64,000 bases of DNA from an uncultured Desulfatitalea sp. (GCA_963668675.2 CAXXMB010000002.1:704001-768000); one strand, 5' to 3'. Counted from the first letter of the stretch, positions 45,825 through 56,295 are shown. Notes: generated by a model from the letters alone, not told the origin. Numbers and translations: made by a program.

Positions 45825-46544
45825 ATGGCCGGTTTGACGGTATTGGTGGATCATATCGCCACATTGCGTGAAGCCATTCAATCCCCCCAACCCGACCCGG
45901 CAGCGGCAGCCGTGTTGGCAGATATGGCAGGTGCCGATGGCATTGGGGTCTACCTGCGTGATGACAGGCGTCACATACAGGAAAGAGATGTGCGCCTTCT
46001 GCGCCAATCGGTCCACAGCCGTCTGGTGCTCTACATGTCGGCAACCTCGGAGATGGTCGGTTTCGCCCTGGATGTCAGGCCCGAACGGGTTGTTCTATTG
46101 CCGTCCGCTGATGAAGATGGCACCATCGAGAGTGGCATGGATGTGATGGTCTACGACAAAGAGATCCTTGAAGTGGTCGATACCCTCCAGTCCAACGGCA
46201 TCAGTGTTGGCGTCACTGTCGATCCGGAACCGAACCAGATCAAGTCAGTCCACCAGATGCGCGCCAATTGGGTCCAGCTCTTCTCCGGAAGATTGGGAGC
46301 GGCCCAATCCGCGACCAGCCAGAGCAAAGAGTGGGATAAAATCGTCGATGCCATCAAGATGGCCCACCGGCTTCGACTGCACGTTGCCGTGGGAGGCGGA
46401 TTAAACTACCGACTGATCAAACTCTTCTCCGGACTGACAGAGATAGACGAATTCAGCCTGGGCAGAAGTATCATCGCAAAAGCCGTGATGGTGGGGATGG
46501 AGAGAGCGGTAAGGGATATGGTAAGCTTGGTTCGTGCCCTGTAA
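45825..46544 (+). CDS. pdxJ: Pyridoxine 5'-phosphate synthase homolog with degenerate active site
   Basis: DHIATLR, PDP, GADGI, RDDRRHI; several catalytic positions substituted. Confidence 0.85.
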   Translation: MAGLTVLVDHIATLREAIQSPQPDPAAAAVLADMAGADGIGVYLRDDRRHIQERDVRLLRQSVHSRLVLYMSATSEMVGFALDVRPERVVLLPSADEDGTIESGMDVMVYDKEILEVVDTLQSNGISVGVTVDPEPNQIKSVHQMRANWVQLFSGRLGAAQSATSQSKEWDKIVDAIKMAHRLRLHVAVGGGLNYRLIKLFSGLTEIDEFSLGRSIIAKAVMVGMERAVRDMVSLVRAL

Positions 46545-46670
46545 TATTAAACCGGCAATTAAATAGGCCAACCTTTGTCATCCCGGACTTGATCCGGGAT
46601 CCAGGAACGGTCCGGATTCCGGCCTCCGCCGGAATGACGATTGCTAAGGTAATTAATTGCCAGGTTAATA
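46545..46670. mobile_element. 126-bp MITE-like repeat family A, copy 1
   Basis: Imperfect TIRs TATTAAACCGGCAATTAA / TTAATTGCCAGGTTAATA; two internal palindromes; 3 differences from copy 2. Confidence 0.8.
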
Positions 46671-46735
46671 ACATAGTCCAGCGGCAGGCAAAATAGAACA
46701 AGCCAGGATCCAATTGACGACTCGGGAGAGATGGA

Positions 46736-48316
46736 ATGCGCATCGTAACAGCCAGTGAAATGCAGGCGATGGACCACCGGACCATTGAGGAGGTAGGCAT
46801 TCCCGGCCGAATCCTGATGGAGAACGCCGGCCGTGGCGCGACACGCTTCTTTCTGCAACGGATCTACACCAAAGAGGGGCCTGTGGGCGTCATCGCCGGA
46901 AGAGGCAACAACGGTGGCGACGGGTTTGTGATGGCACGCTATCTCGCCCAACACCATATCGATGTGGAGATCTTCCTGTTGTCCACACAGGACCGCATCG
47001 GCGGCGACGCAGAAACAAACCTCAAGCTGCTCCAGCAGATGCGAATTCCCATCATCGAAATGCCCGACGAAAAGAGCCTTCTCGCCCAGCACCCCCAAAT
47101 GCGCCGGATGCAGTATTGGATCGATGCCATCTTCGGCACCGGACTGAATGCGGATATTCGCGGTCACTATCGCGAGGCGATCGACTTCATCAATAGCCTG
47201 ACGCGCCCCATCTACGCAGTGGATATTCCGTCGGGCCTCAATGCCGACACGGGGAGGCGCTGCGGCACCGCCATCCATGCCGCGGCAACGGCCACCTTTG
47301 GATTCGCAAAAATCGGCCATCTGATCCAGGCGGGAATCGACCAGTGCGGAACGGTCGACATCATCGACATCGGAATTCCGGCAACCACCGCCGAAACGAT
47401 TCCAACCAGGCAGCGACTGATCACCGGCCAAGCCATCCAGCAGATGATCCCGACCAGACGCCCCGACAGCCACAAGGGCGACACCGGCCATGCACTCGTA
47501 ATAGCCGCCTCCCCGGGAAAAACCGGAGCAGCGGCCATGGCCGCAACGGCTGCCTTGCGGGTTGGGGGCGGGCTGGTCACGCTGGCTGTTCCCCAAAACC
47601 TCAACCCACAGTTAGAGACATTGGCCGTGGAAGTCATGACCCTGCCGCTGCCCGAAAATGCGAAAGGCGTGTTGACCGAAGCTGCCTTCGACACAATTTC
47701 AGAAGCCTCCGCTGATAAACGCTGCATCGCCATAGGCCCCGGTTTGGGGATCGATCAGGAGACCAAGACCCTGGTCCATCGTATCGCACAAACCAGCAGC
47801 CTGCCCCTCGTGATCGATGCCGACGGCCTGAACAACCTGGTCGGCCACCTCGATCTCTTGAAAGCGCGCAAGGCACCGACCATCATAACGCCCCACCCGG
47901 GGGAGATGGCCCGCCTGATGGGGTGCGCTTCGTCACAGGTCCAGGCGGACCGGATTGCGGCCGCGCGCGACCTGGCCCTGCAGTACCAAATCCATGTCAT
48001 CCTCAAAGGTGCCCGGACATTGGTCGCGGACCCTGAGGGCTCTGTCTGGATCAATCCGACAGGCAACCCGGGTATGGCCAGCGGCGGGATGGGCGATGTG
48101 CTCACCGGAGCGGTAGCAGGACTGCTGGCCCAGGGGTGCCCCCCCCTGGACGCTTCTGTCGCCGCCGTTTACCTACACGGCCTGTCAGCCGATATGCTGG
48201 CAACCGAAACATCGAGAGGCTTCCTGGCCACGGAGGTGATGAACACCCTGCCCCAGGCCGTCCAGAGCGCACTCTCCGCCCCCTTACCACCGATTTTAAA
48301 CGGCCCCTGGCTCTAA
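46736..48316 (+). CDS. nnr: Bifunctional NAD(P)H-hydrate epimerase/dehydratase
   Basis: LMENAG, GNNGGDG, DAIFGTG, DIPSG, HKGDTG, TPHPGE, GGMGDVL. Confidence 0.95.
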   Translation: MRIVTASEMQAMDHRTIEEVGIPGRILMENAGRGATRFFLQRIYTKEGPVGVIAGRGNNGGDGFVMARYLAQHHIDVEIFLLSTQDRIGGDAETNLKLLQQMRIPIIEMPDEKSLLAQHPQMRRMQYWIDAIFGTGLNADIRGHYREAIDFINSLTRPIYAVDIPSGLNADTGRRCGTAIHAAATATFGFAKIGHLIQAGIDQCGTVDIIDIGIPATTAETIPTRQRLITGQAIQQMIPTRRPDSHKGDTGHALVIAASPGKTGAAAMAATAALRVGGGLVTLAVPQNLNPQLETLAVEVMTLPLPENAKGVLTEAAFDTISEASADKRCIAIGPGLGIDQETKTLVHRIAQTSSLPLVIDADGLNNLVGHLDLLKARKAPTIITPHPGEMARLMGCASSQVQADRIAAARDLALQYQIHVILKGARTLVADPEGSVWINPTGNPGMASGGMGDVLTGAVAGLLAQGCPPLDASVAAVYLHGLSADMLATETSRGFLATEVMNTLPQAVQSALSAPLPPILNGPWL

Positions 48317-48329
48317 TGGGGCGAATAAC

Positions 48330-48809
48330 ATGACATATGAACTTGTCACCTGTAATCCGGAGCAGACCCGGGATCTGGGGAGCCGACTGGGGCGACGCAT
48401 CCAAGGTGGGCTGACCATCAGGCTCAACGGAGACCTTGGCAGTGGCAAAACATGCTTTGTCCAGGGACTGGCGCGCGGCCTGGAGGTCCCCGAGGATTAC
48501 GACATCACCAGTCCGACCTATGCGCTGATCCACGAATACCCCGGCCGCATTCCCCTCTACCATGTCGATCTCTACCGCCTCAGGGGAAGCATGGATGCTG
48601 AATCGGTCGGCCTCTGGGAGCTGTTCGATATGGAGGCCGTCGTGGCCGTCGAGTGGGAAGAACGACTCGACGAATCCGACTGGCCCGAAACCGGACTGAG
48701 AATCGAGTTACGCATCGCAGACGATGCCAAAAGGCGCATCCGCCTATTTGGATATGGACTTGAATCGGACAATTTGATAAGGGAGACGGTCGAAAATTGG
48801 AACCCGTGA
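48330..48809 (+). CDS. tsaE: tRNA t6A biosynthesis ATPase
   Basis: GDLGSGKT, SPTY, HVDLYRL, VEW. Confidence 0.95.
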   Translation: MTYELVTCNPEQTRDLGSRLGRRIQGGLTIRLNGDLGSGKTCFVQGLARGLEVPEDYDITSPTYALIHEYPGRIPLYHVDLYRLRGSMDAESVGLWELFDMEAVVAVEWEERLDESDWPETGLRIELRIADDAKRRIRLFGYGLESDNLIRETVENWNP

Positions 48810-48880
48810 TGAGGTTCGGGCGACCCGCCCTATCACCATAAGGGGTCGCTTAAACAACTCTGCTCTTCAAAGGAAATTCT

Positions 48881-50101
48881 ATGGCGATAGTCGTCCAGAA
48901 ATATGGCGGCACCTCGGTGGCCGACATCGAACGCATCAACAATGTGGCTCGCCGGGTGGCCAAGACCTATGACCAGGGCAACGAGGTGGTCGTCATTTTA
49001 TCGGCCATGGCCGGTGTGACCGACGGTCTCATCGAACTTGCCCACAAAGCCTCGACAGAACCGGACAAGCGGGAGATGGATGTCCTGCTGTCCACCGGTG
49101 AACAGACCACGGCCGCCCTGCTGGCCATGATGCTCAAAAACAGGGGATACCGGGCACAATCCATGTTGGGCCACCAGGCCGAGGTGGTCACCGATTCGGC
49201 CTATGGCAATGCGCGTATCCTTGAAATTGGCGCCAAGCAGTTGCAGAGACTTATCACCAACCGTACCATCGTCGTGGTAGCCGGCTTTCAAGGCTACGAC
49301 ATCAAAGGCAACATCACCACCCTCGGCCGGGGCGGCTCGGACACATCGGCCGTTGCCATCGCAGCAGCGATCAATGCGGATGTTTGTGAAATCTATACCG
49401 ATGTGAACGGCATCTACACCGCCGACCCCAACATCTGCCCCAAAGCGCGCAAGCTCAACTCGATCTCATACGATGAGATGCTCAACATGGCCAGCCTGGG
49501 CGCCAAGGTGTTGCAGATCCGCTCGGTGGGATTCGCCAAAAAGTACAACATCCCCGTACATGTACGTTCATCTTTCAGCGAGGAGGAAGGCACCATGGTG
49601 GTCAACGAGGATTCGGGAATGGAGCAACTGTTGGTTTCCGGCGTGTCGCACGACAAAAATCAGGCCCGCATCACCATCACCAAAGTGCCCGACCAACCGG
49701 GAATAGCGGCAAAAATCTTCTCTCCGCTTTCCGAAGATGACATCGTCGTGGATATGATCATTCAGAACACGCGCCAGGGCGGCAAAACGGATATGACCTT
49801 TACGGTTCCCAAGGGCGATTTCAAACGGACGATGGAGATTACCCAAAAAGTCGCCGCCGAAATCAACGCAGAAGAGGTGATGGGCGACACCAACATCGCC
49901 ATGGTTTCAGCTATCGGCGTAGGTATGAAGAACCACTCCGGCGTCGCCTCGGTCATGTTCAACACCCTCGCCCGAGAAGGCATCAACATCACGATGATCA
50001 GCACCTCCGAAATCCGGATCTCATGCGTCATCGAAGAGAAGTACACCGAACTGGCCGTGCGCGTGCTGCACACCGCCTTCGGTCTGGATGATGAAGATTA
50101 G
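48881..50101 (+). CDS. lysC: Aspartate kinase
   Basis: [17 protein letters not shown], two ACT domains. Confidence 0.97.
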   Translation: MAIVVQKYGGTSVADIERINNVARRVAKTYDQGNEVVVILSAMAGVTDGLIELAHKASTEPDKREMDVLLSTGEQTTAALLAMMLKNRGYRAQSMLGHQAEVVTDSAYGNARILEIGAKQLQRLITNRTIVVVAGFQGYDIKGNITTLGRGGSDTSAVAIAAAINADVCEIYTDVNGIYTADPNICPKARKLNSISYDEMLNMASLGAKVLQIRSVGFAKKYNIPVHVRSSFSEEEGTMVVNEDSGMEQLLVSGVSHDKNQARITITKVPDQPGIAAKIFSPLSEDDIVVDMIIQNTRQGGKTDMTFTVPKGDFKRTMEITQKVAAEINAEEVMGDTNIAMVSAIGVGMKNHSGVASVMFNTLAREGINITMISTSEIRISCVIEEKYTELAVRVLHTAFGLDDED

Positions 50102-50136
50102 CCGCTCCAATAAACGTATATCGAATCGCACCTGAA

Positions 50137-50238
50137 ATGAAAGTGCCCCAATTCAGTCCCGATCAATTGCTGATAGTGCTTCTGGTAGGGTTGGTAATGG
50201 CAGGCCTCGCCCTGTGGCGCTTTTTTACACTCTATTGA
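50137..50238 (+). CDS. Putative 33-aa single-TM membrane protein
   Basis: MKVPQFSPDQLLIVLLVGLVMAGLALWRFFTLY; weak RBS. Confidence 0.5.
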   Translation: MKVPQFSPDQLLIVLLVGLVMAGLALWRFFTLY

Positions 50239-50284
50239 AACGGCGTCTTTTACTCCTCCTATCTCCCGCCAAGATACTTCTACT

Positions 50285-50410
50285 TATTAAACCGGCAATT
50301 AAATAGGCCAACCTTTGTCATCCCGGACTTGATCCGGGATCCAGGAACGGTCTGGATTCCGGCCTCCGCCGGAATGACGATTGCTAAGGTAATCAATTGC
50401 CGGGTTAATA
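50285..50410. mobile_element. 126-bp MITE-like repeat family A, copy 2
   Basis: Near-identical to 46545-46670, same orientation. Confidence 0.8.
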
Positions 50411-50462
50411 ATAGTCGTTACGGCTTAATTTACGTTTATTTTCTTGTTAACCTGCACACGGA

Positions 50463-50643
50463 GGTGAGTCCAGCGGGTGGTAAGGCACCTCGTCAGCATC
50501 GCATGTTAGTGCCGCTTTGCGGCAGTGGAGGATCAGCGGCCCGGACTGTTTGAGCGCAAGCGAGTTTCCGGGCCGCCCGGAACGGGCGCTTAGCGGCACT
50601 TGCATGCGTTTGCGTGAGGTGCTGACCACCCGCTGGACTCACC
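50463..50643. repeat. Long hairpin repeat family B, copy 2
   Basis: Perfect 19-bp terminal stem GGTGAGTCCAGCGGGTGGT / ACCACCCGCTGGACTCACC plus four nested stems. Confidence 0.85.
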
Positions 50644-50661
50644 GGTTCCTTACCATTGAAT

Positions 50662-51390
50662 TTATTTTCCCAACGCCTGATCAATCTCATCGGCAATGCG
50701 TCCGGCGGCGGCCACAGGATCGGCCGCATCCCGGATAGGACGGCCAACGACGATATAATCGGCGCCCCGTCGAACCGCCATGGCCGGTGTCACCACCCGA
50801 CGTTGATCGTCCTTTTTCCCGGCCCCCCACTCCGGCCGAATCCCCGGCGTAACCGCCAAGAACCCCTTTCCAGTCCGCGCCTTAATGGTCTCGGCCTCAA
50901 AGCCCGAACAGACGACTCCGGCGCAACCGGCCGCTTTGGCCATATCGGCCTTGAGCATCACCAGACGATGGGGTTCATCGACCAACTCCTGGCGATATCC
51001 CACTCCCGCCAGGTCCCTACTCGAAACGCTCGTCAATACCGTTACCCCCAATACACCCACCTCGCCCTGGCTGCCCCTGACCGCAGCCTCGAGCATGCGG
51101 AGACTCTCGCCGCAGTGCACTGTGACCAGTTCCACCCCCAACGTTGCGATGCGCGCCATGGCCCGTTCGACCGTCGTGGGGATGTCGTGCAGCTTCAGAT
51201 CGAGAAAAACAGGCGCACCGGCACTATCGGTCACCCATCTGACCAGAGATGGCCCACAGCTGATAAACAACTCCAGGCCAACCTTAAACATGCCGACATG
51301 ACCGCTCAGTCGGGAAACCAGATCCTTGGCCTGCTCGGTCGAAGGCACATCCAATGGAAAAACGATATAATCTTTACCTTTTTTCGACAT
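50662..51390 (-). CDS. pyrF: Orotidine 5'-phosphate decarboxylase
   Basis: KVGLE, DLKLHDIPTT, VTVLTS, TPGIR, VVGRPI. Confidence 0.97.
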   Translation of the reverse strand: MSKKGKDYIVFPLDVPSTEQAKDLVSRLSGHVGMFKVGLELFISCGPSLVRWVTDSAGAPVFLDLKLHDIPTTVERAMARIATLGVELVTVHCGESLRMLEAAVRGSQGEVGVLGVTVLTSVSSRDLAGVGYRQELVDEPHRLVMLKADMAKAAGCAGVVCSGFEAETIKARTGKGFLAVTPGIRPEWGAGKKDDQRRVVTPAMAVRRGADYIVVGRPIRDAADPVAAAGRIADEIDQALGK

Positions 51391-51661
51391 CAATCGATTC
51401 CACACCCTGTTTTAGATGTCCATCAATCCCTCTTCGTCCGATGGCCCGCTACAGGCGAAACCGGAACACCTCCTGGTCGCAACAGCATTGCCCAAAGGCA
51501 TTTGGCAACCCGACGGGTAAAACAAATTGAATTTTCGCACAAAATTGTGGTATTTAGCAATATAGTTAATTTTCATCAAACATTTCTTTAGTGAGCTGAA
51601 GAGATCCACCACAGCCGGCAACGAAACGTGGTGGACAAAATCATATAAGATCGGAAAACAG

Positions 51662-53020
51662 ATGGTGGCATCACAACGATACCATGTAGCGGCCGGCACT
51701 TTTCAGGCCAGCTCCCCCCAGCCCTTGTTGCTGCAAGCCTATCTGGGCACCTGCGTGGGGCTGTCGCTCTACTGCAAAAAAACCGGTATTGGCGGCATGA
51801 TCCACCTGCTGTTGCCCGAGCCCGTATCCATGTCCAGCGTGAACCAACCGGAAAAGTATGCCTCCACCGGTGTTCCCATGTTTATCGAAGCGCTTGTGGA
51901 GATGGGGGCCAAACGGGAATCCCTGGTGGCCATCATTGCAGGAGGCGCCTTGGTCGGGCCGGTGAGCAACCAGGACCTTGCCCTGGACATCGGCGGCCGT
52001 ACGGCGGACAGGGTCCGCGAGGTGCTGGATGCCAATAAAATTGAGGTGGCACAATCGGAAACCGGCGGCTTCTTCACCTGCTGCCTCAGCATCGACATGG
52101 ACAACGGCCACTGTACCATCGAACCGGCCGGCCAAAACAAGTTGGTATGCGATGAAAAAGTCCAGGTGCCTACCATGGATGAGATAAAAACCGCCGCCAA
52201 ACATCTGCAGCCGATCCCCCAAGTCGCGCTGAAAGTCCTTCGCCTGATCGACGAAGAGGATCGGGGCATCGGCCGGATTGCCGACGAGATCCGCAAGGAT
52301 CAGGTCATCACCGCACGAACGCTCAGCCTGGCCAACTCGGCCCTCTTCACGAAAAAGAAGGAGATCGAGTCGCTGGACCACGCCCTGGTCTTTCTGGGGC
52401 AGGAGCAGTTGGTCAAACTGATCATCTCAGCTGCCGTGCAGAGCTTCTTCGAGCAATCTTCCCTCGGATACTCGCTCTGCAAGGGGGGGCTCTATCACCA
52501 TGCGGTCGGTTGCGCCCAGGTGGCCGAGGCCCTGGCCAGGAAAACCGAAAAGGTGTCGCCCCAAAAAGCTTACACTGCCGGGCTGCTCCACGACATCGGC
52601 AAGGTGGTTCTGGACCAATACGTCGCCCCTGCATATCCGCTCTTCTACCGACGGGCCATGGAGGGCAGCGAGAACGTCCAGGACGTTGAAAAGCGCCTGC
52701 TGGGTACCGACCACACCCGGGTTGGGCAGATGCTGGCCAAACAGTGGTCCTTTCCCGATTCACTCGTTCACACTGTCCGGTACCACCACTCCCCTGGCAA
52801 GGAGAGTCCCCACACCCTCCTTGCCACTGTCGTCTATCTTGCCGATCTGCTCCTGTCGCGGTTCCAAATCGGTCTTGAAATCGAACGTCTCGACACCGAA
52901 ACCCTCTCAGACCACATGGCAAAACTCGACTTGCATACCGACAATTTTGCCCATCTGGTCGACCTGATTCCGAGTGCGGTTTTTCACGATACAGCCGAGG
53001 CCTCTTCGGAGTCCGTTTAA
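51662..53020 (+). CDS. CheD-like deamidase fused to an HDOD domain
   Basis: LGTCVG, GGMIHLLLP, KYA, AGGA, IGGR, ETGG; then PIPQVA, ANSA, AGLLHDIGK, IHTVRYHH-like end (HTVRYHH). Confidence 0.88.
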   Translation: MVASQRYHVAAGTFQASSPQPLLLQAYLGTCVGLSLYCKKTGIGGMIHLLLPEPVSMSSVNQPEKYASTGVPMFIEALVEMGAKRESLVAIIAGGALVGPVSNQDLALDIGGRTADRVREVLDANKIEVAQSETGGFFTCCLSIDMDNGHCTIEPAGQNKLVCDEKVQVPTMDEIKTAAKHLQPIPQVALKVLRLIDEEDRGIGRIADEIRKDQVITARTLSLANSALFTKKKEIESLDHALVFLGQEQLVKLIISAAVQSFFEQSSLGYSLCKGGLYHHAVGCAQVAEALARKTEKVSPQKAYTAGLLHDIGKVVLDQYVAPAYPLFYRRAMEGSENVQDVEKRLLGTDHTRVGQMLAKQWSFPDSLVHTVRYHHSPGKESPHTLLATVVYLADLLLSRFQIGLEIERLDTETLSDHMAKLDLHTDNFAHLVDLIPSAVFHDTAEASSESV

Positions 53021-53043
53021 AAAGGGAGCTTCAGATTAAAACC

Positions 53044-54471
53044 ATGCCGATCAGCGACCAACAGCAAAACCTGCTCCGCCGTCTTCCCAAAGTCGATCAC
53101 CTGATCAATCTGGCAAGCAACGAAGCGTCCCTGCAAAAGATTCCCAAATCACTGCTGGTACGCACCATCAGGGGGACACTGGAACAGCTGCGTCACCAAA
53201 TCCTGGTAGAACCTGATACCGTCGACAATGAAACCTGTGCACCTTCCGGATTGATCACCCTGATCGCCGAAAGGGCCATCAGCTCCCAGTCCTTCAACCT
53301 GAAGCGCACCGTCAATGCAACCGGCGTGGTGGTGCACACCAATCTGGGACGATCCCTGCTCGCAAAGGAGGCCATCGAGCATCTGGCCACCATCTCCAGC
53401 CGCTATTCCAATCTTGAGTTTGACTTGCGCGCGGGGCGGCGTGGATCGCGCTACAGCGCCGTCGAAGAGATCCTTTGCGAACTGAGCGGCGCAGAGGCCG
53501 CACTGGTCGTCAACAACAACGCCGCGGCGGTCCTGCTGTGCCTCGACACGCTTGCCAGGGGTAAAGAGGTCATCATCTCCCGGGGAGAACTCGTCGAGAT
53601 CGGCGGATCGTTCAGAATCCCCGACGTGATGATGAAGAGCGGTGCCATACTCAAGGAGGTGGGTACGACCAACCGGACCCATCTCAAGGACTACCAGAAC
53701 GCCATCTCTAACGAAACGGGCCTGCTGCTCAAAGTTCATGCAAGCAACTACAGCATCGTTGGCTTCACCGCCGCCGTACCCCTCGAGCAGATGGTCACCC
53801 TCGGGGAGCAGTTCAACCTGCCGGTGATGGAAGATCTGGGCAGCGGCAATTTCATCGACCTCTCACGCCATGGTCTTGCCGCCGAACCCACCGTGCAAGC
53901 TTCGGTGGCGGCCGGCATCGACGTGGTGACCTTCAGCGGAGACAAGCTGCTCGGTGGCCCCCAGGCCGGTCTGATCGTGGGCAGACGATCGATACTCGAA
54001 CGCATCAAAACCAACCCGCTGACCCGCGCACTGCGCATCGACAAAATGACCCTGGCCGCCTTGGAGGCAACCCTGCGCTTGTACCGGGATGAATCTGAAG
54101 CCACCTCCCGGATTCCGACCCTCAGGATGCTTTTGGCCCGATACCCCGAAATGGAGGCGCATGCGCATCGCCTGGAAGAGGCGTTGCTCGGACTCGGCCA
54201 GGATCGGTTGAAAGTGGAGCTGATCGACCTGCCCTCCAAAGCAGGCGGAGGGGCCCTTCCATTGTTGGCGCTGGATAGTTGCTGCGTCTGCATCCGCATA
54301 GAGGGGATCTCGACGAACCGGATCGAATCGGCACTGCGCAGCGGCTCACCACCGATTATCGGACGGATAGAAAACGAACTGTTCATCATGGACCCGCGCA
54401 CCATCCAAGACGATGAGATTGAGATCATTGTGGATGCATTTAAGCGGCTCTTGACGGAGACCGAAGGGTAG
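53044..54471 (+). CDS. selA: L-seryl-tRNA(Sec) selenium transferase
   Basis: NATGVVVHTNLGRS, VNNNAAA, EIGGSFR, EVGTTNRT, FSGDKLLGGPQAG. Confidence 0.97.
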   Translation: MPISDQQQNLLRRLPKVDHLINLASNEASLQKIPKSLLVRTIRGTLEQLRHQILVEPDTVDNETCAPSGLITLIAERAISSQSFNLKRTVNATGVVVHTNLGRSLLAKEAIEHLATISSRYSNLEFDLRAGRRGSRYSAVEEILCELSGAEAALVVNNNAAAVLLCLDTLARGKEVIISRGELVEIGGSFRIPDVMMKSGAILKEVGTTNRTHLKDYQNAISNETGLLLKVHASNYSIVGFTAAVPLEQMVTLGEQFNLPVMEDLGSGNFIDLSRHGLAAEPTVQASVAAGIDVVTFSGDKLLGGPQAGLIVGRRSILERIKTNPLTRALRIDKMTLAALEATLRLYRDESEATSRIPTLRMLLARYPEMEAHAHRLEEALLGLGQDRLKVELIDLPSKAGGGALPLLALDSCCVCIRIEGISTNRIESALRSGSPPIIGRIENELFIMDPRTIQDDEIEIIVDAFKRLLTETEG

Positions 54472-54516
54472 ACGAATCGTGTCGATTCCCATCATAAGAC
54501 CCCATGGAGAAACCTA

Positions 54517-55863
54517 ATGGCATCTCGACCCTCTGACGCACCCACTGACGCCAACATGCAATCGCTGCTGCGCACCGGACCGGAATCGACCCTCAACGCC
54601 CGCACTGAAACGCCTGTGGCGCTGAAGGGAGACCTCTCCGTCACCACACCCCTCTTTCCACCACCCGAACTTGCCGACGATGTCGTATCGGCATTGGCCG
54701 GATGGGACCGCTTCGCAACCATGGCCATCCATATCGATATCCGAATCGATCAAGCGGACCCCGCCGCAGAAGAGCACGACCTGAATGACGCCATCGAGAC
54801 GTGCCTGGCATCGATGGCACGAAACGACGAAACAGTATGGACCCGCTGGGACAGCGCCCTATACGGCTTCGCCGTAAAAGGGGCCGATGCTGAATCAGCC
54901 GACCGACTGGCGAGACAGATACAGGAAGAACTGGCTGAAAAGTATCTCGACACCGTCTCCATCGGTATCTCCGAGTTCCCCCTCCACAATTATGACCGTG
55001 AGACAGCCCTGCGCAATGCCTGCAAAGCGCTGGACCATGCCGCCTTTTTCGGCCCCGGCAGCACGGTCCGCTTCGATGCCGTCAGCCTGAACATCAGTGG
55101 CGACCACGCCTACCAGGACGGACGCATGCAAGCCGCCATCGATGAGTATCGCGCCGCCTTGCAGCTGGATGAAAAAGACGTCAATGTACACAACAGCCTG
55201 GGGGTCTGCCTGGCCCAAACCGGCGAGGTGGACGCGGCGCGCACCTGCTTTGAAACCTCCCTCTCCATCGATCCAGAAGAGGCTATGGCCGCTTATAATT
55301 TGGGGGTTCTCAGTCTGCTCGAGCAAAAAAAACAAGATGCCATGCGTCACTTTCAGACAGCCTATGCTGCCGACGATCATATTTTCGACATCCCTTTTCA
55401 AATCGGAAAGTTGCTCACCGAAGAGACCAACTTCGAAGAGGCCCTGGGTTATCTGGAGTCGGCCGTTCTGCTCTGCCAGACATCCGCACCGGCATACAGC
55501 TGCCTGGGCCAATGTCTAAAAGAGTTGGGTCGTGACCGGGAGGCGATCAACGCTTACAAAAGGGCGGTGAAGATCAACCCCAACGATGCCGCCACCCTCT
55601 CCACCCTGGCGATCCTCTATGATGCCAGGGGAGAAAACCCCGAAATCTGCCTCACCTTCGGACGCCAAAGCGTGGACCTCGCCCCGGAAAACGGGGAGTT
55701 CAGGATGCGGCTTGCCGACCTGCTTCAAAAATACAACCTCCTCGATCAAGCCCTGTCTGAATACGAATCTGCAGCCGAACTGGGGCAGGCGTCCGGGCAT
55801 CAAATCGCCGAAATTCAAGCCCGAATAGAGGCCAACGAAGAGAAAAAGAAGAGATGCGCGTAG
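54517..55863 (+). CDS. Degenerate GGDEF-like domain + TPR repeat protein
   Basis: TVSIGISEFP...ACKALDHA resembles the GGDEF C-terminus; signature replaced by WDSAL; multiple TPRs. Confidence 0.75.
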   Translation: MASRPSDAPTDANMQSLLRTGPESTLNARTETPVALKGDLSVTTPLFPPPELADDVVSALAGWDRFATMAIHIDIRIDQADPAAEEHDLNDAIETCLASMARNDETVWTRWDSALYGFAVKGADAESADRLARQIQEELAEKYLDTVSIGISEFPLHNYDRETALRNACKALDHAAFFGPGSTVRFDAVSLNISGDHAYQDGRMQAAIDEYRAALQLDEKDVNVHNSLGVCLAQTGEVDAARTCFETSLSIDPEEAMAAYNLGVLSLLEQKKQDAMRHFQTAYAADDHIFDIPFQIGKLLTEETNFEEALGYLESAVLLCQTSAPAYSCLGQCLKELGRDREAINAYKRAVKINPNDAATLSTLAILYDARGENPEICLTFGRQSVDLAPENGEFRMRLADLLQKYNLLDQALSEYESAAELGQASGHQIAEIQARIEANEEKKKRCA

Positions 55864-56055
55864 GCGCTAGGCCAGAACCCACTATTTGGTGATTAAACCG
55901 GAACCGGCCTCTTTGCCGACACCTTCAGCGACTTGCATTTTAAGGGAACAATCGTTATACATGGAGGGTTTTCGTATCGCTTTTAATAGCGGAACAGAGA
56001 TTCGGAAACCGGTTGCTCGCTATGGCGACTGGATATCCATCAAGGAGAATTGAAT

Positions 56056-56295
56056 ATGCCTATCTATGAATATCACTGCAATGAGTGCGGGAAAGAGTTT
56101 GAGAAACTGGTTTTCGGTGATGAGTGCCCGGCATGCCCTTCCTGCGAAAGTGATAAGGTGTGTCGCCTGATGTCCCGCTGCGGATTTAAGTCCACGCGCT
56201 CCCTCAGCGACTTCCCGACGTCGTCCGCCTCATCATCCTCCTCCTCATCTTGTGGGGGGTGTACGGCCTCGAGCTGTGCGGGTTGCGGCCACTGA
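56056..56295 (+). CDS. FmdB family zinc-ribbon protein
   Basis: MPIYEYHCNECG...CPSC...CGGCTASSCAGC. Confidence 0.9.
   Translation: MPIYEYHCNECGKEFEKLVFGDECPACPSCESDKVCRLMSRCGFKSTRSLSDFPTSSASSSSSSSCGGCTASSCAGCGH

Noticed and set aside
55892..55901. ATTAAACCGG (and CAGGTTAATA near 23364) matching MITE ends
   Set aside because: Only ~10 bp with no partner end or internal sequence; compatible with chance
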